64,000 bases of DNA, from assembly GCF_001194135.2 (NCBI RefSeq), contig NC_068994.1, positions 44,649,798 through 44,713,797 on the forward strand, in the 5' to 3' direction. Of the stretch, positions 57,551 to 64,000 are shown piece by piece (the first letter of the stretch is position 1; each line of letters begins with the position of its first letter). The notes below the pieces were generated by a model. That model had not been told where the DNA came from and searched no databases. It saw nothing but the letters and a program-made list of their open reading frames with translations. The position numbers and the translations under genes are program-made. The DNA is from Octopus bimaculoides. Lineage: Eukaryota.

Positions 57551-59859
57551 ATAGCAGTATATTGCAAATATAAATTTTAATAAAGACAGCAAGTAATGTA
57601 ATTTTTACTCCCATCAGCCCTCATAAAGACTCCCATTATTTGCATAGCTATATCTGTTCTTCTATAAAAGCTTCCAATTATATCATACCTTGGCAACGAA
57701 CTGAATGCATTTCTACCGTGTATATATCACTGTTCCCCTAATGAAGGAGACATTTTCTGAAAATGAATTTTAAGATTCATTTTTTACTCGAACGAATTAA
57801 CCAGAAACGGCCGTAAGAATATTTTCATCTAATATGTAACCCAAAGCTTTTTTTGATGCCTATTATTATATTTTCACTTCACTATATTTTCAATGACTGA
57901 AACAAGTAAAAGATAAAGATCATTCATGAATGCCTGTTAATTTATTTGTTCGTTTTTTTTTGTTTTTTTTTAATCAAACAGCCAGCTTCAACCAATTTTC
58001 TTAAATTACTCAAATAATGTTTAGTTATTTAGTTAAAGAAGAGGCAAATAGAAGAAACAGCATATATGTAAGACAGAAGATTTAGAATATTAGTAAATTA
58101 ATATTCGCTAATCAGCAAATTCTTTTGGATGTTTTATGAATATAGAATTTTTTCTTTTGGAATATATTTCTAGTTTATTGGCCGAGTGTTCTTGTTTTCA
58201 AATCTACTACTTGCATTGAATTACGTTTTTAAGAACTACTTTTAGTATCGCATCCCATGCAGCGGTTTACCTGGCTGTCAGATCCTAGGAAATTATTGTT
58301 TGGTTAAGTAAAATTTATTTCTTCTCCTCTCAACATGGCGAATCTGAAATCTAAGAATTGTCCCTTAAAATAGTGACCACCACCCAACCTTTTTTTTTTT
58401 TTTTGCATCACTCACCGGTTACATGCAAGACAACTTTTCCACGGATCAGGGGATCATGTACATAGCAAAACACAAAGTGCATAATTTAATATAATTTAAT
58501 AATTACAAATGTAATACATATTATATAACATATATAATACATTCAAAAACACCCTGCAAATTGTGATGGTCAACAGAATAGAAATTAAATTTAAGTTTAT
58601 TCCTCCTGTGTAGCACGGTTCAAATGATCCACGGGCAGATACTGACACACAGTCAAGTGGCTGGGGAATTCTACTTTATAACACCTAAAAGGCGGTCTTT
58701 GAAATTCTTAATATATATATATATATATATATTCCCCCTTCTTCGCTGCTTCGACTTGTAACCTGTTCTAGCTAATTAGCTCTGTACCTTTGATGTAAGT
58801 TATTATTGAATTGTTATTCAGCATTTCCATACGAATATATTCCAGCTTGTCTCATGTAAGAAACAGATTTTAATGTTGAACTCCTGCAGAGATGACTCAA
58901 GCATTCGTAACGCAAGCACACTTTTTAATACTTTATTTACCCGAACATAACTGTTGATCTTCCACGAACCAACAAAAACTGTTAAAAAATGCCAGCCAAA
59001 TCTCCCCACGAATCACACATTACTTAAAACCAAGAAGGTTATATTGTATTAAATTGTCATAGATACACATTCTGATTCAGAGGCCTTTATCATAGGTCTG
59101 CTTCATCACGGCTGACTTCGTGCAGGAACAATATTTCTCAGTTTATATAGCAGAGAGTTATGTCCCTTCAACAAATATATTAATAGGAGTAATGTCCCTT
59201 GTAATCACTATCTGAAGGAAAATTGCCTTGACTCCTACATTCATACCTCCGAGGTCGATAAAGTAAAATGCTTGTCAAGTACTGGACTCGATGCTTTATA
59301 GAAACCTTCCCATTTTATAGTGTTGGTCTTTTGCCTAAATTAGAAAAAAAATAGTGAATATAAAAATGATTATCCGAGGATAATTTTTAAAAATAGAAGT
59401 TAAGAGCTGATGTAGTTTGTGACCTAACGCAAGAAAGAAAGAAAAAAAAAACCGCAAGTAACTGAGATTTTCCTGTAAGACGGAGAAGGAAAACGAAAAC
59501 CTTGCCGTTGTGTCCGGGGAGAAAAGGGGGATAATTATAAGACAGTAAAGGTTAAATTCCCAGGGCTCAGGTGTAGTTATGAGGTTATGAAGTTTGAATT
59601 GCAAACTCGTGGGTTTACTTCCAGTCCCATTGCGTAGTAACTTGGGCAAGTATCATCTACTTTTATGCATTTAGTATCTGTCTTTATTGCCAACAGAGAT
59701 AATAATTACATATATAACACGTATGTATATGGTTCATATATAATACAAAAGAAAAAAACTACTTTAAAATCCAAATCCAAAATTGAACAAAACACAAACG
59801 TGCGAAGAAAGAACATCGATTCAACACCAAGTGCCTCAGTCGATCGCACACCACAAGGT

Positions 59860-60210
59860 TCAACGGAACTTAGCGAAGTAAGCCGACACGCTCGCGGTAT
59901 TACCACGGCCGATGGCGAGACTAAGGCGTTGGAGCAGCCAAGCACCCACATGGGCATCACCTGACACCACGTTAAGGCGAACTGCCAACGATGACAAGAA
60001 CGTCGCTGTTAGCGGCCCATCACCTCAAAGTGTGTCAAATGTCACAGGCTGGAAGAAATGTTTCACTGATAATTCCTGATACTTAAGGATTTTGTTCCGT
60101 TTGGTTACAGAAGTAGTGACCCCTGATTTGTGAGTGAATATGATGGACGGAAGTTCGTTGCAAGTGTGCGTTTTCTCGCATTGTTGTGGCTTTCGAGTGA
60201 TGCCATCTCG
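59860..60210 (-). mobile_element. 3' end of a CRE-clade-like non-LTR retrotransposon (restriction-like endonuclease), one in-frame stop
   Basis: RDGITRKP..KRNKILKYQELSVKHFFQPVTFDTL*GDGPLTATFLSSLAVRLNVVSGDAHVGAWLLQRLSLAIGRGNTASV matches PDG.T..K..KY..L...F.PVA.ET.G..G...FL..L..R....G....L.QR.S.A..RGNA. Confidence 0.75.
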
Positions 60211-60914
60211 CTGGTTAGGCGCACCGGTCAACACTATTTCCCCCGTGAACCTGTCTAAGGGTTACCCATTTACAGCAAAGTAGACTGGAGTAATGTAAAA
60301 TAAAGTGTTTTGCTCAAGAACACAACGCATCGCCAGTCTGAGAATCGAAACCACGATCTTTACGATCGTAAATGCAACGCCCTAAATTCTAGGCCACATG
60401 CCTTCACGCACGCACGCACATTCAGATACACACACATGCACGCACACGCCCACATGTACGCACACACTCTTGTATGCACACATATACACGTGCATACATA
60501 CAGATGTACGCACACATACATACATACACACATGCGTGCGCTTATGTATGCACACACACATACACACATGTACGCGAACATGCATGCACACACATACACA
60601 AACTGAAAGTAAATAAATATATTAGACTTTTCCTATTCTGTTCTTTTAATATTTTTATTCTATAAATACTTTGCGGACAGAACACGACATCGTAAATGCA
60701 ATACGTTTTCAATGAACCTAAACAAAAGAATATAAGAGGGCAGAAGATCGTAAAATCGAAAGAGTATTCTATTCAAATCATTATCTTTTATTTCTCTAAA
60801 AAGCAATAAAAATAAGGATGAATAATAAACTGTCTGAAAGGTTTAATTCTAAATGCACTGCCATCTTAGATATGCGGTGTATGGACTAGTAAAAACAAAT
60901 TTATTATTTAGAAC

Positions 60915-61130
60915 AGTCAGCTCACTTTGCAAACACTAGGTTCTGAGTTCAGTTCCTGTGCGCAGCACTTTGGGCAAGTGTCTTCTACATTAAACCGGGG
61001 CCGACCAATGCCTTTTGAGTGAATTTGGCAAAAGGAAGCTATATGGGGTCGATTTGTTCGACTAAAGGCGGTGCTCCAGCGTGGTCGCAGTCAAATGACT
61101 GAAACAAGTAAAAGAGTAAAAGAGAGTAAT
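60915..61130 (+). mobile_element. Composite C+E SINE with an internal deletion joining the head directly to the tail end
   Basis: cactttgggcaagtgtcttctac..gaatttggc|..ggggtcgatttgttcgactaaaggcggtgctccagc..gtaaaagagtaaaagag. Confidence 0.75.
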
Positions 61131-62367
61131 AATTTCAAGTTTTTACGAATCTTTAAATTGGCAGATTTATAAAACGCGCCATGTATCTCCAAAAAATCTT
61201 TCAGTCTCTGTTTCTGCGTTAGGTTTTATTTAGAAACAAGGATGCTGGACTGTGAGAAAATGAGAGGAAAAAAAAAACACAGATAGAAAAGTAAGAAAAC
61301 CAAAATCTCTGTCCTCTTTGTTTGTAGTTAATGAAACTGGCGCGGAACAATATAACGGAAAGGATACCAAAGTCTGGAAGACAACCACTCGATTCGGAGC
61401 GGTTTGTGTCCTTCAGTTCGATAAAAGAAACTTGTTCATATGTTTGCACCTGCTAAAAATTTCAGATCTGGAATTAAGCAGTGTGGTGGAATTCTCGGAT
61501 CTAAAAAGAATACGTGATCTTTCTGCTACCCATAAATTCTTTCTTAGATCCATTAACGTATATATGCATGTATGTGTGTGGGGTATGCGTTGGCTTGTAT
61601 ATGTCCCATAACTTAGCAGTACGGCAAAACAGACCGATACAATAAGAACCAGACTTAAATAAAAATATTAAAAGTATCTATTCCCCTGAATTGTCCAAGG
61701 CTGTACCCCAGCATAGTGCAGTCCAGTGATTGAAATACGCCATGTATCTCCAAGAAATTTTTGGCAAGTGTCTTCTACTATAGTCCCGGGCCGACCCATG
61801 CCCTATGAGTGAACATGGTGGACAGGAAGTGTGTAGAAGCTCGCCATATGTGCGTGTGTGTGTGTATGTGTGTGTGTGTGTGCGCGTGTATGTGCGTGCG
61901 CGTGCGTGTGTGTGTATGTGTGTGTGTGTGTGTGTGTGTGCGTATGCGTATGTCTCTTCCGTTATCCGGGCTGCGTTCTTTTTGCTTGTTTGTGCGCATG
62001 TGTGTGGGTCNNNNNNNNNNNNNNNNNNNNNNNNNNNNNNNNNNNNNNNNNNNNNNNNNNNNNNNNNNNNNNNNNNNNNNNNNNNNNNNNNNNNNNNNNN
62101 NNNNNNNNNNNNNNNNNNNNNNNNNNNNNNNNNNNNNNNNNNNNNNNNNNNNNNNNNNNNNNNNNNNNNNNNNNNNNNNNNNNNNNNNNNNNNNNNNNNN
62201 NNNNNNNNNNNNNNNNNNNNNNNNNNNNNNNNNNNNNNNNNNNNNNNNNNNNNNNNNNNNNNNNNNNNNNNNNNNNNNNNNNNNNNNNNNNNNNNNNNNN
62301 NNNNNNNNNNNNNNNNNNNNNNNNNNNNNNNNNNNNNNNNNNNNNNNNNNNNNNNNNNNNNNNNNNN

Positions 62368-62399
<32 letters not shown>

Positions 62400-62824
62400 C
62401 CAATACCTTGATATATAAAAAAGATAAAATATTGTGTGTGTGTGTGTGTGTGTGTGTGCGTGCGTACGTGCGTGAGTGTGTGTGTGTTTTCTTTTTAAGT
62501 TCTGATAACACATTCTTCTATTCCTAATCATTAAATCAATATATCATAGAATGCTAAAGCTATCTAACAAATGACGTTCCATAATTTGTATTAAACAATT
62601 GTGACTCAGAGTTAAGCTATGAAATGAAGCATTTTATCAACATTTTTCTTTACCATTGTTTATAAATTAGGACCTTACACACGCAGTTACAATTTTGAGA
62701 ATTATAGTCATGCATCTCATTTATATAACAGCAAGTTCTTCGCTTAGAAGATGAGGTCTTATTTAAAGTGTTTCTGCGATTTTATTTACAGAACTGTTAT
62801 CTTAGCATCAGGATCTAATTTTCC

Positions 62825-63205
62825 CACTTTTCTCTTGGAAGCATTGCTTAAGAAGCTCGGTTTGCAGCCGCGTAGTTACGGTTCAGTCCCACTGCACAGT
62901 ACCTTGGGCAAGTGTCTTCTTCTACAGCCCCGTGCCGACTAGTGCCCTATGAATGAACTTGGTTGACAGAAAGTGTGTGGAAACACACCAGTGGCTGTGT
63001 GGTAAGAAGCTTGCTTCCCAACCACATGGTTCCGGGATGAGTCCCACTGCGTGGCACCTTGGGCAAGTGTCTTCTATAGCCTCGGGCCGACCATAGCCTT
63101 GTGAGTGGATTTGGTAGACGGAAACTGAAAGAAGTCCGTCGAATGTGTGTGTGTGTGTGTGTGTGCGTGTGTGTGTGTGTGTATGCGTGTGTGTGTGTGT
63201 GTAAA
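62825..63205 (+). mobile_element. Two tandem family C SINE heads, the second followed by (TG)n
   Basis: Copies at about 62825-62990 and 62990-63205, homologous to 19750-19915. Confidence 0.85.
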
Positions 63206-63814
63206 ACACTAGAGAAAGAAACGTATAGCTGTTTCTTGCAATATAGACATATGAAAGCAAAATTTTTCACGGACCCTTTAAAATACTACCACGAATCCCC
63301 AAGTTACTACTTTGCTTTCATAAACTCCACAAAATCTTATATGAACACCAAGGGTCATATGGACCCCAGGTTAGAACCACTATCCAAGTGGCTGGGTACA
63401 TCATTTACATTTTTTCTTTTTTCGCTCCAAGTAAATATTTCTTTTTAATACAAATCATATTTAGTTACTCTTTAAATGGCAGTGAAATTCTCCGCATAGT
63501 TGCTCTCTTTGAACATAGTTACTGATTTTGTAGCAGGTATCTCATTTACTTTGTAAATGTCGAGGGTATCATTTGATCCATTGTTCTCATTGTGACAGGA
63601 ATATTAGTTACACATTCACTCACTTAGGAAAAAAAAAAAGAGATCTCATTAGTATATTTGCTCTCTTAGTAGCATCGATCTCATTACATTAATTTCTATA
63701 ATTTTTTTTTTTTGTTTGTTTTTTTTTTGGAACGGTGAATCTCGAAGCAGATAAACTTAAATAGTGGTGTGTAATTACTGAGTTAAAAAAGCATTTTGGA
63801 GAGAAAAAGTTGAA

Positions 63815-63874
63815 GGCTTCCCGAGTGACTCGAACCTTCATGTCTTGTAAACATAATAGCTCTACCACTGGACC
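63815..63874 (-). pseudogene. Degenerate tRNA-like sequence (tRNA pseudogene or isolated SINE head)
   Basis: Minus strand GGTCCAGTGGTAGAGC..GAAGGTTCGAGTCACTCGGGAAGCC has A- and B-box-like motifs and an anticodon-like stem, but the 5' acceptor strand is missing. Confidence 0.35.
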
Positions 63875-63962
63875 AAAAAAAGTCTTTTCGAATTTCTCTA
63901 TCCGTTTTCGTCTTACCGACCAGAATTGAGTGTTGGTGATGTTATTATTTATAGCGTTGTTA

Positions 63963-64000
63963 AAGGCGGTGAGCTGGCAGAAACGTTAGCATGGCGAGTG
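63963..64000 (+). mobile_element. 5' end of a family B SINE cut by the window edge
   Basis: aaggcggtgagctggcagaaacgttagcatg. Confidence 0.8.

Noticed and set aside
58818-59009. 63-aa hydrophobic minus-strand ORF
   Set aside because: Non-ATG start, no recognisable domain, and no consistent splice frame.

Overview
Eukaryotic, AT-rich, microsatellite- and SINE-dense genomic scaffold with about 14 N-gaps. It is most likely a coleoid cephalopod (Octopus-like); this is inferred from the clustered C2H2 zinc-finger genes and the repeat landscape, not proven. The window holds three C2H2 zinc-finger genes, each apparently encoded in one coding exon with no visible KRAB/SCAN/ZAD/BTB domain: ZNF-A (+, 21126-22967, 13 fingers), ZNF-B (-, 33034-35211, 16 fingers) and ZNF-C (+, about 48023-49522, 11 fingers). 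A and B are convergent; B and C are divergent. Each array has an unusual internal grammar. A has near-invariant recognition helices despite saturated synonymous sites. B has a 4-finger/333-nt higher-order repeat with a shortened linker. C has finger groups separated by three spacers of exactly 25 aa. There is one intact elongator tRNA-Met(CAT) gene with a 20-nt intron (-, 54544-54636) and a hairpin with textbook Microprocessor geometry (7725-7801, candidate microRNA). The remainder is several tRNA-derived or RTE-tailed SINE families that appear to swap modules, fossil fragments of Gypsy, HERO-like, CRE-like, Penelope, Tx1/L1-like and CR1/L2-like retroelements, MITE-like inverted repeats, and simple repeats. 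Most short ORFs in the supplied track are microsatellite, antisense or gap artefacts. All alignments were done by eye, and repeat-family names are recalled from motifs rather than from database hits.
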